A DNA stretch of 38,690 bases from Burkholderiaceae bacterium (GTDB lineage Bacteria; Pseudomonadota; Gammaproteobacteria; Burkholderiales; Burkholderiaceae_B), in NCBI GenBank assembly GCA_040379625.1, contig JBEIKS010000001.1, positions 1 to 38,690 on the forward strand. Reading direction: 5' to 3'. Shown piece after piece: positions 19,996 to 28,979 of the stretch. A program made the translations under genes and the position numbers. How positions within the stretch are numbered: position 1 is the first letter of the stretch; each line of letters opens with the position of its first letter. The notes below the pieces were generated by a model that worked only from the letters and a program-made list of their open reading frames with translations, did not search any database and was not told the DNA's origin.

Positions 19996-21183
19996 TCAGG
20001 CTTGATCGGCACCAGACAAGCGCCATGCGCTCATCGCTGCCAAGGCGGGCCATAAGGCTCCCATCCAAGTGGCTGCGGCAGTGAGTTGCTCCAGCGTTTT
20101 CTGGCTTGGGACCAGTTCCGCTTTTAATGCAATTTCGCTGTAACCAGGCAAAAACAAGGTGCATAAATAGCCTGCAATCAGACAAAACAGGCTGAGTCTG
20201 GCCAACCGGGCTTTTCTCCAGTCTGACAAGGCCAGGCAGAGTCCGAACAGGCAGGCACAGATCACCGACAGGAAGCTGATCTCACCCCAGAGTTGGGGGG
20301 GTGATTGCAGCGAATGCGATTGCAGCAGCAACAGACTTTGAGGACCCAGCCACGCCATCAGAAACCCGCTGGAGAGCAACAGCAGCCACAAGGGCAGGCG
20401 TGCAGGCCCAGGGTGTGTCTGCGCCAATCCCAGACAAAATGCGCCGCTCAGGCACAGGAAGCTTGCCAGTGCCTGCGCACCTTCTTCTATGTCTGCCAGC
20501 CATGCCACCCATTGATCAGCGTTTTCGTGGGTGCTCAAGCCTGCAAAAAACAACCAGATGTCGCCCAGCCAGGGCCCTTGTACAAACGGCAAGGGCAAGG
20601 GCGCCAGCAAGCAAAACAGCCAGACAATCATCACTATCAGGGCGTGCGAGGAATGGGCTTCCAGAACGCCACCGGTGTGGGCCGGAAGCAGCCCAAGTCT
20701 TTGCAGCCAGCGAGACACCGTATGCGCCAACGCGATACCCATCGCGGCCCCCAGCGTATTGCTTAACCAGTCCATTTTAGAAGGTACGCGGGCAGGCAGA
20801 AAGGTTTGGATGGCCTCCAGACCCGCCGACAGTGCACTGCAGGCGCACAAAGCGAACAGGGCAGCCAACTTGTAGTGGCGCCAGGCTTTTGGAATGCTTA
20901 AAAATATCAGCGAGCCTAAGGGCAGGTAGGCCAGTACGTTCATGCTGGCATCGGTGACCAGAAACTTTTGCTGCGGGGGTATCCAGGGGGTGAGCCAGTA
21001 CTCCCATGCGCCCACGCCCAGTTCCCGCCAGCCTGAGTAGGGGTGCAAGGTCAGGTGGCAGATCAGCAGCGTGTAAAGCAGTGCAGTGGCCCGCACCTCT
21101 GCGTTCCCTGCAGCACCGTAGGGGTCGAAAACCCGCGTTGTTTGACTGTCTTGTTTCATGTCCCTTTGTATATGCCGTGGCAC
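19996..21183 (-). CDS. Polytopic membrane protein with an N-terminal VanZ-like domain
   Basis: VanZ-like motifs are NVLAYLPLG and SKMDWLSNTLGAAMG. About 230 further hydrophobic residues follow. The ORF starts at GTG 21183, and ATG 21159 (MKQDS) is an alternative. Confidence 0.5.
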   Translation of the reverse strand: MPRHIQRDMKQDSQTTRVFDPYGAAGNAEVRATALLYTLLICHLTLHPYSGWRELGVGAWEYWLTPWIPPQQKFLVTDASMNVLAYLPLGSLIFLSIPKAWRHYKLAALFALCACSALSAGLEAIQTFLPARVPSKMDWLSNTLGAAMGIALAHTVSRWLQRLGLLPAHTGGVLEAHSSHALIVMIVWLFCLLAPLPLPFVQGPWLGDIWLFFAGLSTHENADQWVAWLADIEEGAQALASFLCLSGAFCLGLAQTHPGPARLPLWLLLLSSGFLMAWLGPQSLLLLQSHSLQSPPQLWGEISFLSVICACLFGLCLALSDWRKARLARLSLFCLIAGYLCTLFLPGYSEIALKAELVPSQKTLEQLTAAATWMGALWPALAAMSAWRLSGADQA

Positions 21184-21216
21184 AATCGTGACTCACGTTC
21201 AAAGCGAAAGTTGGTG

Positions 21217-22782
21217 ATGCACCCAAGTACAGTGTATGTGAGGCATGCAGGCAGGGCAAATGATGAACTGCCTTTGGTGCAATTGAGTTCGGTGGATTCA
21301 ACGAATACGCATTGCCTTGAGGCGTTGCGCAACAACAAAAGTCTGCCGGCAGTTACTGTCTGGACAGATCACCAAACCGCCGGTCGCGGCCGCTCCGGAA
21401 GAATCTGGACCAGCACTCCGGGTGCCTCTCTGTGTTTGAGTGCGGGTTTTCGGTTGCCTGCGGGTTTTCAGCCTGTGGAGGGTTTTTCAGTTGCAGTGGG
21501 TGTGGCGCTCGTTCAGGTGTTGCGCAATTTGGGGGCCGACATTGATTTAAAGTGGCCCAACGATCTGCTTTTTCAGGGCCGAAAGCTCGGTGGTGTGTTG
21601 TGTGAGGCGGTGACCTCAGATCAGGAACAGCTTTGGGTTGCCGGAGTAGGCATCAATCTGGCGCAAATTGAAGTGCAAGCCAATGCCCACGCCTTGTTGC
21701 CCGCCAATCTTGCTGAAACCGGCTTGACCATCGGCGTTGAATGGTTGGCGCACGGCCTTGCACAGGCGCTGATGGATGTACTGTCACAGGCGAATCAGTC
21801 TGTATTCATTGGTCAATTGCTGGCACAGGCCACCGCTTACGATCCTTGGCTTGGTCAAACCGTTGAGGTGTTTGATCAAGGCGTGCCAACAAACCGAGGC
21901 ATTGCAAAGGGCATTGATGACACAGGGCAATACCTTCTGCAAACACCTGCAGGCCAATTGCGGTTACGGCACGGTGAATTGTCCTTGCGCAAAAGTTCGC
22001 TAAGAAACGGTTTGCTGCTCATTGATGTCGGCAATTCACGTTTGAAGTGGGCTGTTTCTGATTTTTCGGCGCAAGCGGTCCTGTCAATTGCCCATGTGTC
22101 CTCCCATGACTTAAGCGCCCAGGCACTGGAAGCGCTCAAGCAGCAATGGCGCGACGCCATGCATGGCGCAGAAAACATTCAGGTGGTGCTTGCTTGCGTA
22201 GGCAAACCAGAGTGGGTGGCGTTGATTGCAGAGTTTGCTCAGCAAGAGCAGATTGCGTTTCATCAGGTGTTCTCCGTTGCTGAGTATGCCGGGCTGAAAA
22301 ATACCTATGAGGTGCCGCAGTCTTTGGGTGTGGACCGTTTTTGTGGCTTGTTGGCGATAACAAAGCGGTGTCCCGGGCAAGCAGTGGTTCTGGTGAGCGC
22401 CGGAACAGCCACCACCATTGATGCAGTCGATGAAACAGGCCGCTTTTTAGGCGGTATGATTTTGCCCGGTGTGCGTATGATGCAAAACGCTTTACAAAAA
22501 AATACTGCACAATTGCCACTGGCAGACCCTGAGTTTTCTGATTTTCCAGTCACGACACAACAGGCCATTGCCACCGGTATACGCAGCGCTCAGTTGGGCG
22601 CCATCTCCGCCATGTTGGGCCGTCTGAGCGTTCGCAGCGGCCAGCCCGTCTTGTGTGTTCTGACCGGCGGCGATGCGGGTTGGCTGGAATCAGGCTTGAA
22701 CAACGCGCAGTGCGTACCGGACTTGGTCATGCAGGGTTTGCGTTGGTGGGCTTTGGAGAAAAAAACGGATGGTGAACAGTAA
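21217..22782 (+). CDS. birA/coaX: Fused biotin-protein ligase (class I BirA, no HTH) and type III pantothenate kinase (CoaX)
   Basis: The BirA motif is QTAGRGRSGRIW. CoaX motifs are LLIDVGNSRLKWA, GVDRF, SAGTATTID and GGMILPG. All are in one uninterrupted frame joined by the linker LRKSSLRNG. The start is the ATG at 21217; the upstream track extension overlaps the VanZ-like gene. Confidence 0.85.
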   Translation: MHPSTVYVRHAGRANDELPLVQLSSVDSTNTHCLEALRNNKSLPAVTVWTDHQTAGRGRSGRIWTSTPGASLCLSAGFRLPAGFQPVEGFSVAVGVALVQVLRNLGADIDLKWPNDLLFQGRKLGGVLCEAVTSDQEQLWVAGVGINLAQIEVQANAHALLPANLAETGLTIGVEWLAHGLAQALMDVLSQANQSVFIGQLLAQATAYDPWLGQTVEVFDQGVPTNRGIAKGIDDTGQYLLQTPAGQLRLRHGELSLRKSSLRNGLLLIDVGNSRLKWAVSDFSAQAVLSIAHVSSHDLSAQALEALKQQWRDAMHGAENIQVVLACVGKPEWVALIAEFAQQEQIAFHQVFSVAEYAGLKNTYEVPQSLGVDRFCGLLAITKRCPGQAVVLVSAGTATTIDAVDETGRFLGGMILPGVRMMQNALQKNTAQLPLADPEFSDFPVTTQQAIATGIRSAQLGAISAMLGRLSVRSGQPVLCVLTGGDAGWLESGLNNAQCVPDLVMQGLRWWALEKKTDGEQ

Positions 22783-23530
22783 GCAATGGATGACAAACGC
22801 GCTGCTTATCGCGCGCGGCCTGCGTGCGGTTCTGACCTTGCCTCAGAACCGCGCTTGGGCGCGCACTCTGTTGGGCTTGTTCATCTTGAATATTCTGTTG
22901 TTTGTATTCGGTCGCATTGAACTCGGTTTGCCGGGTCAGGCCTCTGCCAAAGTGGCCAGTGAACATGCAGTCACCAGCCTTATTGCTGTTGAAACGCCTT
23001 GGGGTGCCCGCAAACAAGCTGAGCATGATGACTCTCACAACAGCCACGATGGTGAAATCAAGGTCATGTCCTGCAGGCGTTGGGGACCATTCAACACCAT
23101 GGACTTGCGACGCGTAGATCAACTGCTGAGCGAGTGGGGCGGTCAGCGCAAGTTAATCACCGAAACCGAACCGATTGCCTATCATATCTATTGGCCGGAC
23201 TCAGCCAAAAAATCAACCGCTTTTTTAAAGGAACTCCGTATTGCCGGTTTTGCCGATGCATTGGTGAGTTCCAGCGAAGATGTGACCAAAGGCCACGTGT
23301 CTTACGGCGTTTTTCGCAGCCGTGCCCAAGCCAAAGAGAAAATTGCGTTTTTAGCCAAGAAGGGGTTTTCGGGGGCTGTTGTCTACACCCGCATGGGACC
23401 GCCTAAAACTGTTTATGAACTTCGGGGCGATGCCGATCAAATGGAAGCGCTATTTGAAATCCGCAATCAGTATGATTTCGGCGAATACACGGGTTGCACG
23501 CCGTCTGAGCATGCGGATGCTGCGCATTAA
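22769..23530 (+). CDS. Membrane-anchored protein with SPOR-like C-terminal region
   Basis: It has one N-terminal TM segment (LLGLFILNILLFVFG) and a C-terminal region with a SPOR-like pattern (YGVFRSRAQAKEKIAFLAKKGFSGAVVY). The ATG at 22790 is an alternative start. Confidence 0.5.
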   Translation: MVNSKQWMTNALLIARGLRAVLTLPQNRAWARTLLGLFILNILLFVFGRIELGLPGQASAKVASEHAVTSLIAVETPWGARKQAEHDDSHNSHDGEIKVMSCRRWGPFNTMDLRRVDQLLSEWGGQRKLITETEPIAYHIYWPDSAKKSTAFLKELRIAGFADALVSSSEDVTKGHVSYGVFRSRAQAKEKIAFLAKKGFSGAVVYTRMGPPKTVYELRGDADQMEALFEIRNQYDFGEYTGCTPSEHADAAH

Positions 23531-23546
23531 GCGCGCGTAAAAAACA

Positions 23547-24668
23547 TCAAAGTTGTCTGCTGCGGTCTATGGTGGCCAAGATTTTCGTCAGAGCCCAGTC
23601 GTCTGGTTGAACCTTGCGACACCAAGCAATGACCTTGAACAATTCCCCCATTTCCGCCGGGCTCACCAACATTTGCAGCGCGTGCTTTTCCTGTGCTTGC
23701 GTCATATTGGTCACTGCCGTCTGCCCGGCATGGTCCAGCAAACCGTGGTGCAGTAAAAATGCAGCCTGCGATGTGTAGCCCAACAATTCGCCACCGGACG
23801 CAAACAACGATTCATACACCGCGCTGAAGTTCACATGCGCCGTTAAATCCTGTTCTCCGATTCGTTCAAGCAACTCCTCGCTCATTTGGTGGCGATGGTG
23901 TGCCACCAGGGTGCCGGTGCAGCGTTGCGGGTGAAAAAACTCAGACTCACCAAAGCCGTAATCAATCATCAACGCCAAGCCTTCCAGCCTTTCAGTGATG
24001 GTGGTGATGAACGCCTCTGCCTGCTCGCCTGACTCGGAGCGATAATCCTGGGGCCAGGGGCCATTGCGCGAATGCAGATCATTGACTCTTGCAATCAAGG
24101 CTTCATCGGCGGGTTGATCAGAAAAGTGCAGTTCCCCGTTGCGCCTTTCAACATAGCGTTCTAAACATTGTTGCTCCAGTCGGCGCCACAGTCTCACAGG
24201 CATTGCATCAAGCACTTCATTGCCAATGACGACGCCTTTGAGTGTGTCGGGCAGGGTAGTTTCCCAACGGACACGGGTTGCAACGTCAATGCCTTGGGCT
24301 TCCAGATAAACCGCCTGCTCTGCTTGCAAACCACCAGACACATCTACGATGTGATAGCAGGACAAGCTGTCTCCCAAGTGCTTGATCAGACCTGCCGCCA
24401 AACGTCCACGGCCAGCGCCGAACTCCCAGACATGGCCTGTGCAGGCCTGTAGCGGTTCTCTTATTGCACCTGCGAGGGTTTGGGCAAACAAAGGGGAAAT
24501 TTCCGGGGCGGTTACAAAATCACCCGAACGACCAAAAATCCGTTGCGCTTGGCTGTAGTAGCCGTGCATCGGGTTGTACAAGGCTTCCTGCATGAATGCA
24601 TCGAAACGTACAAGCCCCTGATTTTTGTTAAAAAAATCTTCCATCCAATCGGAAAGTTTTGCGTGCAT
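23547..24668 (-). CDS. SAM-dependent methyltransferase of the MidA/NDUFAF7 (DUF185) family
   Basis: It has the motif [15 protein letters not shown] and a glycine-rich EFGAGRG SAM loop. The start is the internal ATG ([10 protein letters not shown]) at 24668. Confidence 0.75.
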   Translation of the reverse strand: MHAKLSDWMEDFFNKNQGLVRFDAFMQEALYNPMHGYYSQAQRIFGRSGDFVTAPEISPLFAQTLAGAIREPLQACTGHVWEFGAGRGRLAAGLIKHLGDSLSCYHIVDVSGGLQAEQAVYLEAQGIDVATRVRWETTLPDTLKGVVIGNEVLDAMPVRLWRRLEQQCLERYVERRNGELHFSDQPADEALIARVNDLHSRNGPWPQDYRSESGEQAEAFITTITERLEGLALMIDYGFGESEFFHPQRCTGTLVAHHRHQMSEELLERIGEQDLTAHVNFSAVYESLFASGGELLGYTSQAAFLLHHGLLDHAGQTAVTNMTQAQEKHALQMLVSPAEMGELFKVIAWCRKVQPDDWALTKILATIDRSRQL

Positions 24669-24732
24669 GTTGTCCGGACGAGTTAAAATGCGGTCTGTTC
24701 TTTTTTGTGGCTGTCTGCGCCCCCCGTCTATT

Positions 24733-25623
24733 ATGGAGCACCCCATTGTTTTTGCTGAACCTTCTTTCTCAACGCGACAAGCGCAGAAAGAGGCCTTCGA
24801 GTCCAACAAGCTGGAAAAACGCCTGTGCCGTTTGGTCGGAAAAGCCATCGGCGACTTTAACATGATCGACAACGGCGACCGTGTCATGGTCTGCCTGTCC
24901 GGTGGAAAAGACAGCTACAGTCTGCTTAATGTTTTGTTGCTGCTAAAAGAGCGTGCACCCATCGACTTCAGCATCATTGCCGTCAATCTTGATCAAAAAC
25001 AGCCGGGTTTTCCAGAGCATGTGTTGCCCGCCTATCTTGAATCTCGAGGGGTTCAATACCACATCGAACAGCAAGATACCTACTCCGTTGTGAAGCGGGT
25101 TATTCCCGAAGGAAAAACCACCTGTTCGCTGTGTTCACGTTTGCGTCGGGGTATTTTGTATCGGGTGGCGGGCGAATTGGGTGCCACAAAAATCGCACTC
25201 GGGCACCACCAAGACGACATTCTTCAAACATTGATGCTCAACATGTTTTACGGCGGACGCCTCAAGGCCATGCCCCCCAAGCTCGCTTCCGACGATGGCA
25301 AGCACACTGTCATCCGCCCATTGGCGTATGTTCGCGAGAAAGACCTGGAGCGGTATTCCCAAGAGCAGGCATTCCCCATTATTCCGTGTAACTTGTGCGG
25401 CAGTCAGGAAAACCTGAAACGCAAGGAAATGAAGCAGCTGATGGCCCAGTGGGAAAAGCACAACCCCCGCTGGATCGCCAACATGTTCTCTTCGCTTTCT
25501 ACGGTGGTGCCTTCACATCTCATGGACAGGCAACTGTTTCCCTTTGAGAATCTCAAGTCTGGCAACGTTCCTGCAGGGCAGGGCGACATTGCTTTTGATG
25601 CCGACCCCTGCGATACGGTTTAA
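24733..25623 (+). CDS. ttcA: tRNA 2-thiocytidine(32) synthetase
   Basis: It has the PP-loop SGGKDS and the Cys motifs [10 protein letters not shown] and CNLCGSQ. The start is the internal ATG (MEHPIVF). Confidence 0.9.
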   Translation: MEHPIVFAEPSFSTRQAQKEAFESNKLEKRLCRLVGKAIGDFNMIDNGDRVMVCLSGGKDSYSLLNVLLLLKERAPIDFSIIAVNLDQKQPGFPEHVLPAYLESRGVQYHIEQQDTYSVVKRVIPEGKTTCSLCSRLRRGILYRVAGELGATKIALGHHQDDILQTLMLNMFYGGRLKAMPPKLASDDGKHTVIRPLAYVREKDLERYSQEQAFPIIPCNLCGSQENLKRKEMKQLMAQWEKHNPRWIANMFSSLSTVVPSHLMDRQLFPFENLKSGNVPAGQGDIAFDADPCDTV

Positions 25624-25627
25624 CCAG

Positions 25628-27154
25628 TCAAACCGAATTGAGAAACAGCTTGTAGACCGGATTGTCCGTTTCATCGGAATGTTTGTAACCCAAAGATTCC
25701 ATGAAGCGGGCCAAGGCCTCGTTGTCCGATTCCGGCAACTGTATGCCCACCAAAATTTTGCCGTAGTCAGCGCCGTGGTTGCGGTAGTGAAACAGGCTGA
25801 TGTTCCAGCCCGGGTTCAATTCGGTCAGAAATTTCATTAAAGCGCCCGGGCGCTCCGGAAATTCAAACTGGAAAATCTTTTCGTTTTGGGCCAGAGCCGA
25901 GCGACCACCCACCATGTGTCTGATGTGCAGTTTCGCCAGTTCGTCGTCCGTCAGGTCAAGGGTTTTAAATCCCAGCGCATTAAAATGGTTGGCAATTTCG
26001 CCACCTTCCTTGCGGTCCCTGATTTGTATGCCCACAAACAGGTGCGCCTCTTTTTCCTGAGAAATCCTGTAGTTGAATTCGGTGACGTTACGCGGCCCCA
26101 GCGTTTCGCAGAACCGTCTGAAACTGCCACGCTCCTCTGGAATCGTAATTGCGAAAATTGCCTCTCTTTGCTCCCCCACTTCTGCGCGTTCAGCGACGAA
26201 TCGAAGCCGATCGAAGTTCATGTTGGCGCCACAGGCAACGGCCACCAATGCTCCGCCGGTTTGCCCTGTGGTTTGCACGTACTGCTTTAACCCGGCCACA
26301 GCCAAGGCGCCTGCAGGTTCCAGAATGCTGCGTGTGTCCTGGAATACATCCTTGATTGCAGCACACACTTCGTCTGTGTTTACCAAAATCACACCATCGA
26401 GGTACTGTTGGCAAAGCCGGAAGGTTTCTTCCCCCACATACTTCACCGCCGTGCCGTCTGAAAACAGACCCACCTCTGACATTTGCACGCGGTGACCTGC
26501 CTGCAGGCTTCGATGCATGGCGTCGGAGTCAAAGGTTTGTACGCCAATGACACGGGTCTCGGGTCGCACTTCCTTGATGTAGGAGGCCACACCTGCCGCC
26601 AGTCCACCTCCGCCGATGGCCACAAACACCGCTTCAATCGGATTGGTGTGCTGTCGCAGTATCTCCATGCCAATGGTGCCTTGCCCAGCGATCACGTCCG
26701 GATCGTCAAACGGGTGCACGAAGGTCAAACCGGCCTGCTTTTCAAGCATGAAGGCGTGTTCAGCTGCGTCGCTGTAACTTTCTCCATGCAAAATAATGTC
26801 GACCCATTCACCACCAAAATGACGAACTGCTTCAATCTTGACTTGCGGTGTGGTGAGCGGCATCACGATGGTGGCCTTGACCTTCAAGCGCTGTGCGCCC
26901 ACCGCAACGCCTTGGGCATGGTTACCGGCTGAGGCCGCAATCACCCCCTTTTGCCGCTGCAGTTCTGTCAGGTGAGCCATTTTATTGTAGGCACCGCGCA
27001 ATTTAAAGCTGAATACGGGCTGCAAGTCTTCCCGCTTGAGATAGACTGAGGTACCCAAGCGCCGGCTCAGGTTATCGGCCAGCTCCAACGGTGATTCAAT
27101 CGCAACATCGTAAACTTTGGCATTCAATATGCGTTTTAAATAATCAAGCCCCAC
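25628..27154 (-). CDS. ilvA: Biosynthetic threonine dehydratase (threonine ammonia-lyase)
   Basis: It has the PLP-lysine motif FSFKLRGAYN, a glycine loop GGGGL and a C-terminal tandem regulatory domain. The GTG start has GGAGA 5 nt upstream. Confidence 0.92.
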   Translation of the reverse strand: MGLDYLKRILNAKVYDVAIESPLELADNLSRRLGTSVYLKREDLQPVFSFKLRGAYNKMAHLTELQRQKGVIAASAGNHAQGVAVGAQRLKVKATIVMPLTTPQVKIEAVRHFGGEWVDIILHGESYSDAAEHAFMLEKQAGLTFVHPFDDPDVIAGQGTIGMEILRQHTNPIEAVFVAIGGGGLAAGVASYIKEVRPETRVIGVQTFDSDAMHRSLQAGHRVQMSEVGLFSDGTAVKYVGEETFRLCQQYLDGVILVNTDEVCAAIKDVFQDTRSILEPAGALAVAGLKQYVQTTGQTGGALVAVACGANMNFDRLRFVAERAEVGEQREAIFAITIPEERGSFRRFCETLGPRNVTEFNYRISQEKEAHLFVGIQIRDRKEGGEIANHFNALGFKTLDLTDDELAKLHIRHMVGGRSALAQNEKIFQFEFPERPGALMKFLTELNPGWNISLFHYRNHGADYGKILVGIQLPESDNEALARFMESLGYKHSDETDNPVYKLFLNSV

Positions 27155-27219
27155 ACGGGTCTCCTCGACTGATCAGCCAACTCTTAAAGCGGCAAAGCCG
27201 CCACTTTACCAAACAACAC

Positions 27220-27690
27220 ATGTTAGAGACGATTTCACACTGGATGTCGCAAGTTTGGTCTCACCCTTTGTGGTCAGATCCGAACTTTTTTGTCTGGGCC
27301 TTGCTGGTACTTTTTGTCTGGGCGTTTTTGGCTGCCACCGTGCTTTCCATCCCCTCTGAAGCCGCTTTTCTGTTGTTGTTGGTGCGCTACCCGGAGCACG
27401 CTTTGGGTTTGTGGGCCTTGGCCTCTGTCGGAAATTTTCTGGGCGGCTGTACCACTTTCTGGTTTGGTCAGTGGTTGCGCAAGAAAAAAGAGATCACAAT
27501 TCATCCGCAGGCCAAGCGTTGGCTCGAGCGCTGGGGCGGTTTTGCCTTGCTGGGGTCTTCAGTACCCGTGGTGGGCGACGCCATGGTACTGGCAGCCGGC
27601 TATCTCAGGCTTTCCTTGCTGCCATGCATGGTTGCGCTTTTTTTAGGCAAGGCCGTTCGCTATGCGGTTTTGGCCGGCTTTACGGCATAA
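27220..27690 (+). CDS. YqaA/DedA-like small membrane protein
   Basis: This hydrophobic protein of about 156 aa has an IPSEAAFLLL motif. The start is the internal ATG at 27220. Confidence 0.6.
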   Translation: MLETISHWMSQVWSHPLWSDPNFFVWALLVLFVWAFLAATVLSIPSEAAFLLLLVRYPEHALGLWALASVGNFLGGCTTFWFGQWLRKKKEITIHPQAKRWLERWGGFALLGSSVPVVGDAMVLAAGYLRLSLLPCMVALFLGKAVRYAVLAGFTA

Positions 27691-27706
27691 TTCCAATAAA
27701 CATCTG

Positions 27707-28282
27707 ATGGCAGACAATATGCAAACATATTTTTTACTCAACCGATCGCCCAAGGCTTTAAAAAACACCCAGGCGGGCGGCACAATGGCGGGCGTGGTTT
27801 TAGGCTTGCTGGCGGGTTTGGCGGTGGCGCTTGGCGTAGCGCTGTATGTCACCAACGCACCCATGCCCTTTGCCACTAAAACCTCCCCTGTGCCTGAAAA
27901 GCCCTTGGCACAGCCGGTCGAAGGTCAAACACCGCCCGACCCCAACCTGTCCCTGCTTCCAAAAGAAGCACGCGATTTCATCTCGGCACCCAATATTCAG
28001 GTCACCACACCCACCCAAGGTGGCGCCGCTTCCAACCCGGCCATGGCCACCCTGTTCTTCTTGGAAACCGGCAAGTTCAAGTCTGCAGAAGATGCAGAGC
28101 AGATGCGCGTGCGTCTCATGTTGGCCAGCGTAGAGGCCAATGTCACTGAAGTTGTTTCTGATGCGGGCAGCCCGTTCCGGGTGCGGGTGGGTCCATTTCC
28201 CACTGCTGAAGAGGCTTATCGGGCACGTACGCGTATCACCGAGAACGGTTTTGAAGCCAAGCTGGTCAGAGTGGGTCAATAG
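27707..28282 (+). CDS. SPOR-domain protein (septal peptidoglycan binding)
   Basis: It has an N-terminal TM segment (VVLGLLAGLAVALGVALYV), a Pro-rich linker and a classic C-terminal SPOR domain (FFLETGKFKSAEDAEQM...FRVRVGPFPTAEEAYRA). The ATG at 27719 is an alternative start. Confidence 0.8.
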   Translation: MADNMQTYFLLNRSPKALKNTQAGGTMAGVVLGLLAGLAVALGVALYVTNAPMPFATKTSPVPEKPLAQPVEGQTPPDPNLSLLPKEARDFISAPNIQVTTPTQGGAASNPAMATLFFLETGKFKSAEDAEQMRVRLMLASVEANVTEVVSDAGSPFRVRVGPFPTAEEAYRARTRITENGFEAKLVRVGQ

Positions 28283-28323
28283 TCTTTAATTTCAATCAAT
28301 GCACATCATTATTTGAGGGCCAC

Positions 28324-28965
28324 ATGAATTTTCGTCGTTTATTTTTAAGTTTTGCTTTGGTGGCAGTCAGTCTGCCTTCTGTTTTGATGGCTGCCACGCC
28401 AGAAGCTGGCAAATTCAGGAAGTTGGCCAATCCGATTGCAACCTCCTCAGAGGCGATTGAAGTCATTGAGTTCTTCTGGTACGGATGCCCGCATTGCAGC
28501 GAGTTTGAGCCTTCTCTTGCCGAATGGGAAAAAAACAAGGGCAAGACCATACAGTTCAAGCGCGTTCCTGTCGCGTTTCGCGAAGACTTCGTTATTCATC
28601 AAAAACTGTATTACTCAATTGAAGCGCTGGGCAAGGTGCCAGAGTTGCATGGCAAGGTGTTCAAGGCCATCCACTCCGAGGGTAACCGCTTGACAAACGT
28701 GGAGTCCATCACAGCCTTCGTTGAAAAAAACGGTATCGACAAAAAGACCTTTCTCGACACCTTCAATTCATTTGGTGTGGCCAGTAAATCTGCGCAGGCC
28801 AGCCAGCTTGCCAAGGCCTACCAACTCGATGGAGTCCCCACCTTGGCCATTGACGGTCAGTTCCTGACCAGTGCTTCAATGGCCGGAACCCATGCAGAAA
28901 CCTTGACGGTGGCAGATCAACTGATCGACGCCCAGCGGCAACTTAAAAAATCCAAAAAACGCTGA
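28324..28965 (+). CDS. dsbA: Thiol:disulfide interchange protein DsbA
   Basis: It has a signal peptide and the active site FFWYGCPHCSEFE (CPHC). The SD GAGGG precedes the ATG. Confidence 0.9.
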   Translation: MNFRRLFLSFALVAVSLPSVLMAATPEAGKFRKLANPIATSSEAIEVIEFFWYGCPHCSEFEPSLAEWEKNKGKTIQFKRVPVAFREDFVIHQKLYYSIEALGKVPELHGKVFKAIHSEGNRLTNVESITAFVEKNGIDKKTFLDTFNSFGVASKSAQASQLAKAYQLDGVPTLAIDGQFLTSASMAGTHAETLTVADQLIDAQRQLKKSKKR

Positions 28966-28979
28966 GGTTGGCATCCAAT

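Noticed and set aside
17424-21183. A VanZ-like gene plus a DD-carboxypeptidase could be read as a vancomycin-resistance (van) cluster.
   Set aside because: There is no vanH, vanA, vanX or vanRS. The carboxypeptidase is a housekeeping PBP5-type serine enzyme rather than VanY, and the host appears to be Gram-negative. It is kept only as an envelope-related cluster.
26453-26462. There is an exact match to the Neisseria 10-mer DNA uptake sequence GCCGTCTGAA, inside ilvA.
   Set aside because: It is a single copy in 38.7 kb, whereas Neisseria has roughly one per kb. The presence of mreBCD also argues against Neisseria, so this is a chance occurrence.
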